Shown here piece after piece: positions 28,101 through 39,610 of a DNA stretch of 64,000 nucleotides. The DNA lies in NCBI RefSeq assembly GCF_964355755.1, contig NC_092673.1:18039648-18103647 (forward strand). The letters are read 5' to 3'. Source of the DNA: Antedon mediterranea (lineage: Eukaryota > Animalia > Echinodermata). The position numbers and the translations under genes were made by a program. The notes under the pieces are model-generated. The model did not search any database and was not told the DNA's origin. It was given only the letters and a program-made list of their open reading frames with translations. Every line of letters starts with the position of its first letter. Positions within the stretch are counted from its first letter, which is position 1.

Positions 28101-31100
28101 ACTTGAAAGATCTTTTTAATGTTCATGTTTAATTTGTGACGTTTCATGAGTGGTCCCCAAATTATGTACGAAAAGAAATATCGCATCCGGCCTTGTTTAA
28201 ACAATCTAATAAAAATTAGTGGTCCGACTTGACCATCATTACCGTTATTTAATCTCAACTTTAGTGATTTGGGGAAAAAACCAAGCTGCGACACTTTTGT
28301 CATGAATGACGGAATAGCAAATAAAATTAACAAGAGTAAAAAAATGCTAGATGAAATTTTTTTTTTTAACCAAATATTTCAGTATTAATAAGGCTAGTTT
28401 TTGTTTTTATTGTACTTGCTCTTTTTTCGTCGGGGTAATGCTAGAGATTGATATTACACAAAGTATGTCGACGTACCTGCTTGGTTGAATGTGATCAAGC
28501 TGACCATGTGCTTTATCAGTGTACTGACGTACTATTTTCAGTATGAAAATGTGTAAACCACAGCCGATTGATGACCGTCGAAACGATGTGTGTTTTTAAA
28601 AATCTATTTCATTTTTCAAAGAGAAAAGAAACATTGTACGTCCCATACATCCCCCGCTAGATCCACCACTGAAGAGGATACCATAGAAAGGACTGCGGCA
28701 TATAGGTAGTAGATGCCACATCACCTACGGTCAAAGAAACTAAAAGTTTCTGTCTTTATCTTAGTCCCAACATGGTTGTGACTATAAGTGGTGGGTTTTT
28801 TCTATCAAAGCCGCTACCATAAAATCCTGAACCCTCCCCTAGGTAACTATTTTCATCAGTAAGAGTACCCCATTGTCCATCAACAATAACATTGCACACT
28901 CCCAAAAAGATTTCTACAGTATGAGGTGCCATACTTTCAAAAATTTGCTAAGCTTAGCCCAACTATTGTTTGAACTCTCCAGCTTGTCAGGTCAGTCAGA
29001 ATAATCACTGTATTGCTTTATACAGTATATTTATTTAGGCAAATTTTCAAGGATCTTTTTCAAATGTGGCAGTCTTGTTTAAAATACAAGCATAAAGTGA
29101 AATCCTGACATCTGATAAGAGTTACACCTAGAACACAAGTACTGTCTTATCAACAAACTACAACTCCACTCCAATATATTTATATGAGTATGGTGTTTTT
29201 TCTAGATTGTCACTGCTGAATACCTAAGGCGTACAAGACCATCAAAGACGTTTCTTTTAATAAGAGGTAATTCATTATTAAAAGCAAAAGTGTTACTGTC
29301 ACAGAAGTCAAATAATATTGATCCAGTTCCAGTGTTTTGTAAGTATTTAAAGTGATAACGGTAAAAAATTGAATCTACATTTATGCCGTAATGAATATGA
29401 TGTGTAACACAGTAATAGTTCATAATGTACATTTAGTGTCTTTGGTCGCAAAAAGAATCTTTGTTTGTTTTGTATTGAAATAATTATTTTATTTGTTACA
29501 GGTGTTGTTGATTCAAAACAAAACCCAGGTATCTTATGCTATATTTGAATTGTTACTAATCTATACGTTGTTATAATGCACAGAAAACTGGCTTTCTATA
29601 CTTCTAAAAATGTACCTTCTTTTATTATAATCGAATTTGTATTATTTTTAGGCAGTAGTAAGGACAAAAATGAAGGAGCGTCATTAAGTAACCAATGCCA
29701 TCCAAGTGAAGGTAAGTTACTAGTATACAAATAATGCATTTGAAGGTATATGAACTATTTTCACATATACTGTACCTTTTTGGGTTAATACACTGTCACG
29801 CTCAGATTGAAGTTAACTATATGGCTACTGAAGAACGCAATTAAAAGTATACAGATATATAACATTAGCAACTGAATGTATTTATTTCTTTGTCCGCCGG
29901 TCACTTCTTCGTGGACTTATTCACTACCAATTACAATCCAATCATACATAAACAATCATGTGTATACTCGGCTTGGTTTACTACAAATGGTAGTCAGACA
30001 GTTACGTATTGGTACCAACTTCAGCCCAACGGGCAGCACTACAAACAAACGTTAACGTTTAATTGTTACAGTTATCTACGTTAGCACACAATTACATTGT
30101 AGCCTATACATTATCGTTATTACAAGTATATGGTATTACAAGTGTATAGCCTTACAATAAATGAGTATCTTACTTACAATGGTCAATCTGTATTATTGCT
30201 GAGGTGCGACACCTCCCTTCTCTACAAGGTTGATGTGAGGTGTAATTACTACATTCCTCTGCAATTCTTTTATACGGTAATACACCTGACTAGTTCTATG
30301 CAAATTACCCTTTGCATTTAACTTTAAATACCTGTCACTTTTGACTGTGACAATTCACCCCACCCAGGTTAAATGTAACACTTTTAACTAACAAATACAA
30401 CTTTATACTTATACTCAAAAGACCACCGTTTGTAGTTTACAATAAATCTCACTTATAGAGACGCCAATACACTATTAAGCTTTACTTTATAATACTTAAT
30501 TAAATCAATAACTACTGTACGTTTACAATATATAACAAAATAATACTTTTCTTTCAACCTTATTTAGTTCATGCGACTCAAATAGTCTGCACCAACGTTA
30601 TTAATACCTTTTATGACCCTTATTCGGTATTTGAATGGTTGTAAACTAAGGGCCCAGCGCAGAATTCGACCATTTGCTGCTACCCAATTCTTCTTTAAGC
30701 ACACCTAGGCCTAACCTAGAAAGAAGCTAGGCTTACCATGGCAAGCACCACTGCTCGGCGACCAAATTTAAGCGTAGGCCTATCCTAGGTAGCAAAACAG
30801 TTGTGTAGCAGAATTGACAAGATACAGTACATTGGTGTGCATTTTTTTTTTATAAATGAGGCCGCCGTGCAGATGACCTGGTTTCATTCTCGAAAATTGT
30901 GTTGTAAGCCTAGCGCGATCGGTATTCTGCAACAAGATTTACACACCATCATGCTTTTATGTTTTTTTTGCTGCACACTTTTTGCACTCTAGTGCATGAT
31001 AGGGAAAAATAAAGAGCGCACACATGACGCATTTCAGTAAGTCTGATGGCTACATCCTTTAACCCATGTTATAATAGATAATATTATAATATGGTTCGAC

Positions 31101-34100
31101 TGGCAATTTTCCAAATTATTTGAAGCTCGCCAAAGTTTTACCTGTTTTGTAAAAAGGTAGCAAAGATATACTCTCAAATTATAGACAAATTTCGTTACTT
31201 AGTGTTTTCTCTAAAATAACAGAAAAGTTAATGTACTTGCATCTTTATGACTTCCTTGACTGCCATAATATTCTTTTTACACATCAATATGGTTTCCGTA
31301 AAAATCATTCTACATCTTATGCGATTATTGATTTTATTAATAATGTGACTTCTTCTTTTGAACAAAGAGAATTTTTGTTATCAGTTTTTGTTGACTTATC
31401 TAAAGCATTCGACGTTATTAATCATAAGATTCTTATTAGTAAATTACATAACTATGGTATTAGAGGTATTGCTTTAGAATGGTTTACAAGTTACCTAAAA
31501 CATAGGAAACAATATGTATGGGTAACTGTGGAGGAAATCACTTGTGGGGTGCTGTCCTTGGACCATTGGTATTTTTAATTTATGTGAACGATTTATCCAG
31601 AGCCAGTGACACCCTTCGGGTTATTTCCTTTGCAGATGACACTACACTTTTTTATTCCCATCCTGATTTAAATGTTTTATATGATACAGTGAATAATGAG
31701 TTAATATCTATAAATGACTGGCTCATCTCAAATAAACTTATTATCAACTCACAAAAAAACAAATTATATCCTTTTTCATAACAAAGAAAGCCTACCTAAT
31801 TATTCAAATCGGTTTATCACCATAAATGGAAAAACTATTGAAGGCATGCCTAAAACTCTGTTCCTTGGTGTCTATATTCAAGAACATTTAAGATGGACCT
31901 GTCATCAAAATCACGTAGCAAAAAAGGTTTCTAAAACAATAGGAATTATTAACAAACTCAAATATATTTTCCCACAATGTGTTCTTCTTTCTAGTATAAC
32001 TCATTAATTCTTCCACATATTCATTATTACCTCCGCCAAGGAGGTTATATTTTCACCGCTGTATGTTTGTGTGTGTGTCTGTCTGTCTGTGAACAGCCTG
32101 GAGGCCACAGTTTTCATCCGAATCTAGCCAAATTTGGCCACAATGATCTATGCCCCAAAAGCTCGACTTTGAGTGTGCAGTTAGCCTATTTACACTTAGA
32201 ACTAATAAAAAAGAATTTTTAAAAATATATATATTTTCCGGGGACATTTTATGTAGGGGAATTTTACAGTAGGCGGAGGTTTGTACTCTCGGAGTACCCT
32301 CTAGTTGTAATATAATTTGGTGTGCTGATTACCCTTCAAATATTAACAAAGTAAACAAACTGCTTAAACGTGCTATTAGAATTATTACACTTTCCACTTA
32401 TGAAACCCCATCTAAACCTTTATTCAAAGAACTTAAGAGCCATTGTCTGTAAGAATCAAAGAAATATCAAAAAGAGTGGCAGACTCAAAAAAATGGATTT
32501 CTTTCAAATTTTGCACATGGCTATATATGTGTTGAGAGAAATCAAATATGAAGTATTTTTTATTTCACACGTATATTTCCATGGCAACGGCCAAATTTGT
32601 GTTTTTGACAAATTTTGTCCTTTTTTAAGGTTTTTTAAAATGGATATTGGTACTACTTTGATGAACGATATTTTTGTTTTGTTCATTTAATTATAAAAGA
32701 TAATTAGTGTATGCATAATAACAATGCATTGTGCACCTGTTTCAAATTTTTTTATTTTTTTTTATTTCATACTTTGGGAGATACCATTTATTTAAAAAGG
32801 GGTGTTTTTCACTTTTTTTAAATTGTTCAATGCAACTAAACTTTACTTCACCATAACGCCCAAAGTGGTGTATTTTTTTAGCTGATTTATTACAAATAGG
32901 TAGTTCCAATGTTTAATAATTGATTTCTAAAATAAAATACTGGGGTAAATTTAAAATCTGCAAGCAGTGTTGCGAGAAACATAGGCATTTTTATAAAAAA
33001 AAACCATGGTATATTAATAAAAACATTTTATTTTCTTTGATTATTGGATTTGAAACTCATTGGTCAGAAAAATTCTTAATATTTTATATAGTTCTAGTTG
33101 TGTTGTGAGAAAAAAAAAAATTTTTAATTATAGATTCTGTAATTCTCAGTTTTAATGTCATTTTATAGGTTATATCCTCTGGAAATTTGAATAAATTATC
33201 AGATCGTTGTGAATTTTAATCTTTGCAACAGATTACTCCTCTCTTATTTTGAAGCTCCTCTTTCATTTGTTTACTTCTTTTATTTGCTAACCTAAGCAGA
33301 TCCCACATGCCCATCCACCACCACTTTCGACTACCATCCCTCCCCCCCCCCCCCGACTATAACCACAACAAGATAAACTGCAACACTTCGGTCGATCATC
33401 CACTATAGAGTGTCAAATGCATGCATTCAAGCACCACCCACACTGCCGCTGCTATCGCCCCAATGAATAGACAGATTCAAACTCCTCCATCCCACCCCTT
33501 CCCCCTTTCTCCAAGCCCCCACCCACCCCAAGTTAAAAATTGCAATGCAAAAGATAGGACATAAAGTTAAGTTTTTAGACCCTCGCCTTCAACCTCCTAA
33601 CTATTTAAAAGTCCTGGATCCACCACTTTTTCCTCCCCAAAATAGAACCAATCAAAAGTCATATACTCAGGTATGTTAATGCTACATAACAAATATTGAA
33701 GCCCTGATTTGAAATTTCATTTCATTTAAGGTCAGCATGTAAAATATCACACTTTATTATTAAATATTGGTTTTAAATTCTATATTTTTTTTACTGTGAT
33801 GGTTGGATTCAGTATTAATTATTAATTAATAATTATCTGATAATTATTTAATTTCCCTTAGTTATGCATAGCAACAGTTACTATGGTAACTAAAATTGAG
33901 ATATTCTTTAGATTTTGCCTATTTATCTTATACAAATTTAATTTTAATTTGTAGATTATTAGCAGGCAATGCCTTATTTGCATTTTCAAATTACCGTTTC
34001 ACAAGGTCATATTCGTAAACACTTTCTTCTGTGATTATTTTTATTCATAAAAACCCCATATTTTATTTACAGCGGCCAACTCCCTTAACGGACGCACTTT

Positions 34101-37100
34101 GAAAAGCCTGTTTGTTCTTCCTATCTAATTAGTGCATTTGGTGCTTACCGTAAGCAGCTGCGGGCACCTTTTTATACAAAAAATGAGATTTTTTGTAAGC
34201 GGCCAATCGAAAAATGTGATACTTATTGCATGGACCTATGAAGTAGAGGTGCATGTTTATTGTATTTCTTTATATATTAGCTTTATTTTGAAGAGGTTTT
34301 AAAAACATTACTGTGAAGAGATGAGAAAACTACACTGATTTTGACCGACCATTTTTCATATGATAAAAGTTTTTAAAATTGGTCTGAAAATGCTAAAAAA
34401 TACTAAACCACCTGATTATAAATAATAGGCCTACAATCATAAGCGGCAACTTTTCCAGGTCCCGAGGGTGGCCACTTACTGTATTTAAACAAGAATATTT
34501 CTTACAAAAAACGCTGCTTGCTTATTGTTATTGCTAAGGTTAAGTCTGGGGGTCACTTCATCAAGCCTAGATACTTCAAGTATCCTATTACAAACAAAAA
34601 CTTCAATGGACTGTTTTGATAATAATTCAATGATTATCTGACAGTGAATTATAGTAATATCATGGGACTCATAAATACCAGAAATGCTTTGGGATTTGTC
34701 ATTAGACTCTTTTCCCAGCCGTTTTTTGGATTCAACAGGTGGTACCTATAAATTATAGTCGAGTTTCCATTTTAACAAAAATGTCAAAGTGTAGTACTAT
34801 ACTGCTGCTTGATTTCATCTAAAGAATGAGTCATCTCGTGTGACGTAGCGGGCTAGAGCAGCAATTATCCTTAGTTATGCATAGAAACAGGTTCTAAGAT
34901 AACATAAATATACATATACATTTTGACATAACTTGACCCAACAAATTACCCTTTCACAAGTCAGACATTTTCTGGGATTCAGTAGATAAGTAAATTTGGG
35001 AAAAGGTAGTAAAGCTATGTAATCAATTGTTTGTAGTCATGAAACCCCATATTAAAAATATTGTACTTAGTTAGTGTAGAAACAGTTGCTACAATACACT
35101 ATAGGTAAAATGTTGATGTCATTTGACCTCCATATGTAATTTTTTTTTTTCATGAAAACTCCATATTTAATTTTTTTTTACCTTTATTCAGATTCGTCAA
35201 TCAAGGATTCAGTATTTAAAGTAAATTTGGCAAAAAGTAGAAATGTAAAACTATGTAGAAAAAATGTTTTGTATTTATGAAAAACCCCTTATTTTTTTGA
35301 AATTTTCGCATAGAAACAGTTACTATGGTAAAATGTTGACCTCAAAATGAATGAATTTACAAGGTCAAGTTTGTCATTAATGGAATGCAGTAGAAGTAAA
35401 ATTGAGAAAAATTACAAATGCAATCAATTCTTTGATTTTTTACGGTTTTTTTTAAATTACTTTCCTTAGTTACACATAGAAATTGTTGCTAAGGTAACAC
35501 TATAGGTAAAATATGAAAATTGTTGAGAATTGTTATGAACTATCTTGTAAATTTTGATCAAACATTAGTTGTAGTAAAGTGGGGACCTGTCCTGTTTTCC
35601 ATTCTGACCCCTTTTGACCTATGACCTATTTACAAGGTCAGATTTTTTGGGAGGTCTTTCTGTATCTCTTTACACAAAATAGATTTAAAAATGTATAACA
35701 ACCATTGACGCAATTATTTCCAAGTTTAACATTATTTTCCTACTAAATATTTCAATGCAAAATACTGTTTTTCTGGCAATTAATTGAAATAAACCTGGCA
35801 ACACATTCTCCTATTTTATCTAAACTATTCGTATGACTCTAGTAGCATTATGACAAGCCACATATACATTTTATTATTGGATTAGCCATATTTAAATTGT
35901 GTTTCATGTGTTTTGTTTGTTGATATTTTATTATATTTTTGTATTTTTCGTATTTTCCTGGCAACACAAAACCTATGTACGAAATTTACCCCAGTGTTTT
36001 TTTTGTGATTATTGTTGACAAACCTATTGACTATCAAATTAAAAAACATCATTGATTTAAAAACACCACTTTGGAAGTTATAGGTACGTTTATGAGGTAT
36101 ACTTTTATAAAAAAAATATTTTTTAAAAACACCCCTTTTTAAAATAATGGTATCAACCAAACTCCATTTTGTATTTTTTTTTTTTCTACATTAAATGGAA
36201 CTCAATACATGTTGTTTACACTGCTACAAACAAAAACTGTATACTGTAAGTATTTTTGGTTAAAATAAGTATACAAGTTTGTACTTTTTCACTATAGAAA
36301 ATCTGTGAAAAATGGCAAAAACATCAAAATTTGGATAATTGACCGTTGTCATGGCAACGGAGGCTAAAAATTCAAATGAATGATGTAGATATGCTTTTTA
36401 GTGAAATGTCTATTCATGGTAAAAATTTGAGAGAAATCCATTTTTTTACATCTGCCACCAAATCTTTGATTTTTACAGACAATTGCTCTTAAGTTGCTAA
36501 ATTTATTTGACATACATACAGTAAATGCCAAGTGGCCTCTTTTATTTTTCAATATATTCACAATAATCTTCCTACTTCTATAATTAATTTATTTAATAAT
36601 GTTGTACATTATCATGATTATAAACTTCGTAGCATGCATTGTAACTTCCAGTTAAATATTTCTTTTAGAAGACTTAGAAGTTCGCAATTTTTTATTTCCG
36701 TTTCAGGTCCCAGACTCTGGAACGAGTTGGATGTCACTATTAAAAGTTTAACTTCTCTTTTTACCTTTCGAAATAAGTTTAAAAGATATTATCTATCATT
36801 GTATTAAAGTGTTCATGAATATAACTATTATTATTTATATTAATATTCTGTTTTTGTTTTGTTTTATTTGTTTTATTGATTTTATTTATTATTTTTATCA
36901 AATTTTGATTTGATTTCTGTTAATCAACAATGTAAATATTCTTTACTCTAAAAGGGTCTTACGTGACAAGATTTTTTATCTTCTAGTAATGATCCTATTA
37001 TGATTTCTTTATATTGATGAAATAAATGTTGTTGTTGTTATTGTCTGGATGATTAAAACGTTATAATACTGTAATGTTAATAATTGTGAAAATGATGATG

Positions 37101-39610
37101 ACTAGAATATTTCTCTCTATAATCTGAGACAACAATACCAGAAATATGATTTTTTTGTCGGTTCTTTTGATCTTGCTCTTGGTGAATTCATTGTTATGCA
37201 AATTACTATTTATATCACGAAAATCATAGAACATCAACTAAGCCTACCTGCTATTAGTGTCACTTATGTAACCACTGACTAAAAAAACCCAGTATTTGTA
37301 AGCTCTATAATTTCAATAAAAGTTACTGTACTTTATTGATGAATTCTATAGTATAATTTTTTTTCTCTGTTGAAATGTACCATTTATTTAAAAAATGTAA
37401 TTCTTAATATATGATTTTTAGTTTTCGCCATTTTGTGAAAAAGCCATAGCTCTATTGTATTATGATATTTTATCGGATTTTATCACTTACATAATTTATA
37501 TTTTTAGTTAATTGTGTTGAAAATGTATTTATTTTTTATTAAAAAAACACACTATATTTCCTCCATGACTTTGTGTAGACCTATTTTGTTGGATCGCCTT
37601 CATTTAGTCAGGTGTAGTCACAGAGATTCATCACCATACTTCACGAGATTCTCTCTCAAACTTTCTTTATGGATCACTGATGTTGACTAAACAGTAAAAC
37701 TGCGCAAGTGCAAATTAGCGGCGTCACCAATGGCCAATGAGCTTAAGGTCATTGCCGATGACTCAGCACAAAGTGAATTATAGCCGTTGCCAATCTCTGA
37801 TATTGTTGTCTCAGCTAAAATTATAAGCAAAGAATAGAGAAAAACAAAAATAAATGTAATATTAATTTTAACTCAAACTCATTTTGAAACAATAAAAATG
37901 TCAAATTAATGACCAGTAATTTTGTTTGCAGACAACAACACAATGGCAGATTCTGAAACTTTGAACAGTTTCCGAGACCTAAAAGCTGGTCTCAGTAGGT
38001 GCTTTGATGGTGAAAGATACCACTGGCTGAGATTCCTACTATTTGATCAATTGGATGTCGGGGACCTTACAAATAAAGATTTCAATGGACATGACATACT
38101 CAATACACTTAAAGACAAAGGTTTCATCTCATCAACCAATGTTAACTTGCTGTTAGAGATTACAAATACATCTGAAATCCAACAGGCCAAAGATCTTGTA
38201 TCAAAGTATATGACAGACAACAACATTCAGAATAGACATACTGATGATAGAACCAAGTTGTCACCTTACAGAAAGCGACTGTTCAAGGCCCTGAAACAAG
38301 TTGACCCAGATGCATTACGTAATGTTACTGCTTACTATGAATTGAAAAAATATAACTTATCAAATATATGGGATGCAGTTCTGAAGCTTGAAAATAGAGG
38401 AGAATTAGCAGATGATTTAGACAAAATAGAGAGGTTTGCAGAACGTCTTGGAGGAATAGCAAGGAACATACTACTTGGTAATGGTATTTAATATTCTTAC
38501 AAAACTATTCGAAAGTTAATTGTAATGTAACTATTCATATCTTTCATTTGTTTTAAAATTGTCCATGATGGTAATTTAATTTAAATGATACAATTGATTT
38601 AATTTCAATCATTGTTTATATGCTATACATGTATTATTATTAAAATACATTATTTTATTTATTAACTGATTATTTATAGGTAATAGTGGGAAGGATATTG
38701 CGTCATCAAGTCACCAATGTGAACAAAGTGAAGGTAAATTATTCATAAAATAGTATAGAAAAACAAAAAGAATGATTATAATATGATATTGTTATGATGA
38801 TCAACAAGATTATAATGACGATGAATTGATAATAAAGATACTGTAAAAAATGTTGGATATACGATACGATAGTATTTATTGTCATTTTAACATGGTAAAA
38901 ATGAAATAAAAAAATAAATATATCATCTTTATCATTCAAATTAATTAATTGAATTTCAGTATATTAACGGGCGGTTTAGAATTAATGTTCTGTGTTAATA
39001 ATAATAGATATAGGAAATTAATTTATTTGTTTAATCTGCATTATAATCAAGTATACTACTGAATTTATTACATAATATTTGATACTTGCTTCTCTTCAAC
39101 TGTGTAGCTCTCTCAAACGGTGACTTTGAACAGTTGATTAAAGACTTTGCCAAATGGTTTGATGAACGTAAACTCCTCAACAGCCTAAAAGTTCTTTTCT
39201 TAGAAATGGTAGATGACATTGAAGCAGTGAAAAGGGTTACCAGTACAAGCGACCTATTGGTTCTTTTAATCAATTCTGATCTATTGAGTCGAAAACGTCT
39301 TGCTGTCCTGTATGACACAATAAAAGTAACTGAACAATTTGACTTTCAGCCATCTATCACAAAAAAGCTTTCTCCTTTCAAGAATATCAAGAAGTGTAAG
39401 GTAGTGTCACTACACGCAGTCAATCTTTTTGATTGGGGAAAATCTCTTGATGAACGATACAACTTTCCTAACCTTAAGTATGCAGATAGCTGGAGTTTGA
39501 TTTTAGATTTTGTTCCTCGTGGGTTGCTGAGTGAAGACAAAATTGAATCCATTAAGAAGATGTTGAAAGATGAAAAAACAGTACTGGGTATGATCGACAA
39601 GCATTGTTAG
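10034..39610 (+). CDS. Spliced host gene: ankyrin repeats - ZU5 (HFSW) - UPA-like - tandem DED-like x2 (PIDD-like death-fold protein); 5' end not identified in window
   Basis: Exons 10034-10147, 12015-12119, 13347-13431, 15168-15224, 26431-26960, 27341-27484, 29206-29338, 29502-29528, 29652-29711, 37932-38483, 38680-38733, 39108-39610; all AG/GT flanked and phase-compatible; total 2364 nt ending in TAG. Confidence 0.75.
11020..11400 (-). mobile_element. LINE 3' end fragment with simple-repeat tail
   Basis: Minus strand IEDEYHF..VC motif of the LINE C-terminus; (TGAA)n tail at ~11020-11037. Confidence 0.6.
11425..11790 (+). mobile_element. 5'-truncated CR1/L2-type LINE 3' end
   Basis: RTFVYRSTKLWNSLP motif; (AAAT)n tail; splits the duplicated unit with TAGAT on both sides (possible TSD). 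Confidence 0.65.
12015..12119 (+). CDS. Ankyrin-repeat exon (phase 0/0)
   Basis: ttccag|YGDTLLHSYLRSTAPTLEIVTCLIQHGAPLALQNK|gt. Confidence 0.85.
12830..13132. mobile_element. Palindromic non-autonomous element (long hairpin 12830-12992)
   Basis: ~75-bp inverted arms around the loop gaggcaaagccgag; the inner ~45 bp pair perfectly. Confidence 0.6.
13347..13431 (+). CDS. Terminal ankyrin (capping) exon
   Basis: aag|DGNTPVSVLESNRKIGDQRKTEILNFFK a|gtaagt. Confidence 0.75.
14690..14795. repeat. Degenerate 20-bp tandem repeat
   Basis: tgcacttaagtcaaatgtat and variants, ~5 copies. Confidence 0.6.
15168..15224 (+). CDS. Linker exon (phase 1/1)
   Basis: tttcag|(N)LPSPVSDQFEKLKVEKQN g|gtgagt. Confidence 0.7.
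15989..24729 (-). repeat. ~125-copy 69/70-bp tandem satellite derived from LINE RT coding sequence
   Basis: Minus-strand 69-bp unit translates PFTVSNGVRQGGVMSPLLYNIYI; the commoner 70-bp unit has one extra base; very low divergence. Confidence 0.97.
25182..25610. mobile_element. piggyBac-like MITE
   Basis: TTAA on both sides; TIRs CCCTTTAAAGAC / GTCTTCAAATGG (10/12 match); removal restores the LINE frame KGLNILL. Confidence 0.8.
26431..26960 (+). CDS. ZU5-domain exon with HFSW motif and start of UPA-like region
   Basis: VGSAGETL..LEI..EAI..ISPIVKCGPEGTTFNKPIPLSFPHDA is the ZU5 signature; VTINHFSWYTL with HFSW at 26820-26831. Confidence 0.9.
27341..27484 (+). CDS. UPA-like region exon (phase 0/0)
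   Basis: ttcag|TIEKEHKENGEQMLRQPIEIL..KEPQ|gt; 144 nt. Confidence 0.8.
27585..28050 (-). mobile_element. CR1-type LINE 3' end fragment
   Basis: Minus strand GNSLKL..EIRRHFFTSVEDWNSL. Confidence 0.7.
29206..29338 (+). CDS. UPA-like region exon (phase 0/1)
   Basis: tctag|IVTAEYLRRTRPSKTFLLIRG..DPVPVF t|gtaagt. Confidence 0.7.
29502..29528 (+). CDS. 27-nt micro-exon (phase 1/1)
   Basis: tacag|(C)VVDSKQNP g|gt. Confidence 0.55.
29652..29711 (+). CDS. Linker exon preceding first DED module
   Basis: tttag|(G)SSKDKNEGASLSNQCHPSE g|gtaagt; paralogous to 38680-38733. Confidence 0.75.
29794..30352 (-). mobile_element. Probable 3' LTR of a truncated LTR element
   Basis: TGTCAC...GTGACA termini; purine tract (gggtggggtgaat) immediately 5' on the minus strand; no partner LTR seen. 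Confidence 0.5.
32026..32305 (+). mobile_element. Helentron/DINE-1-like non-autonomous element (HINE)
   Basis: 5' subTIR ACCTCCGCC, (GTCT)n microsatellite, 3' GGCGGAGGT plus short hairpin ending CTAGT; inserted in TT; removal restores the LINE frame HIHYCNIIW. Confidence 0.75.
32437..36488. mobile_element. ~4-kb non-autonomous TIR DNA transposon with TTAA TSD (Kolobok-like)
   Basis: TTAA flanks; TIRs GAGC(C/A)ATTGTCTGTAA(G/A)AATCAAAGA with imperfect inverted similarity over several hundred bp; removal restores the LINE frame LFKELKLLNLFDI; no transposase. Confidence 0.85.
37720..37770 (+). promoter_or_regulatory. Candidate regulatory cluster: two CCAAT boxes and ATGACTCAGCA (AP-1/ARE-MARE consensus)
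   Basis: Motif matches only; ~170 bp upstream of the first DED exon. Confidence 0.3.
37932..38483 (+). CDS. Tandem DED-like exon 1
   Basis: FRDLKAGLS..WLRFLLFD..GHDILNTLKDKGFISSTNVNLLLEI, then LSPYRKRLF..IWDAVLKLENRGEL; DED-type helical pattern. Confidence 0.8.
38680..38733 (+). CDS. Linker exon preceding second DED module
   Basis: tag|(G)NSGKDIASSSHQCEQSE g|gt. Confidence 0.75.
39108..39610 (+). CDS. Tandem DED-like terminal exon
   Basis: FEQLIKDFAKWF..SLKVLF..DLLVLLINSDLLSRKRLAVLYD, then a shortened second unit ..DSWSLILDF..RGLLSEDKI; TAG ends at 39610. Confidence 0.7.

Larger units (their letters stand above)
31090..37040 (+). mobile_element. Decayed CR1/L2-type LINE ORF2, interrupted by two insertions
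   Basis: QYGFRKNHST, FVDLSKAFD, LGPLVFLIYVND, FADDT, FLGV, HYCNIIW, GPRLWNEL; (TTG)n tail ~37027-37040. Confidence 0.9.

Noticed and set aside
30745-30770. PBS-like TGGTCGCCGAGCAG on the minus strand for the 29794-30352 LTR
   Set aside because: No second LTR copy adjoins it, so a complete element cannot be supported
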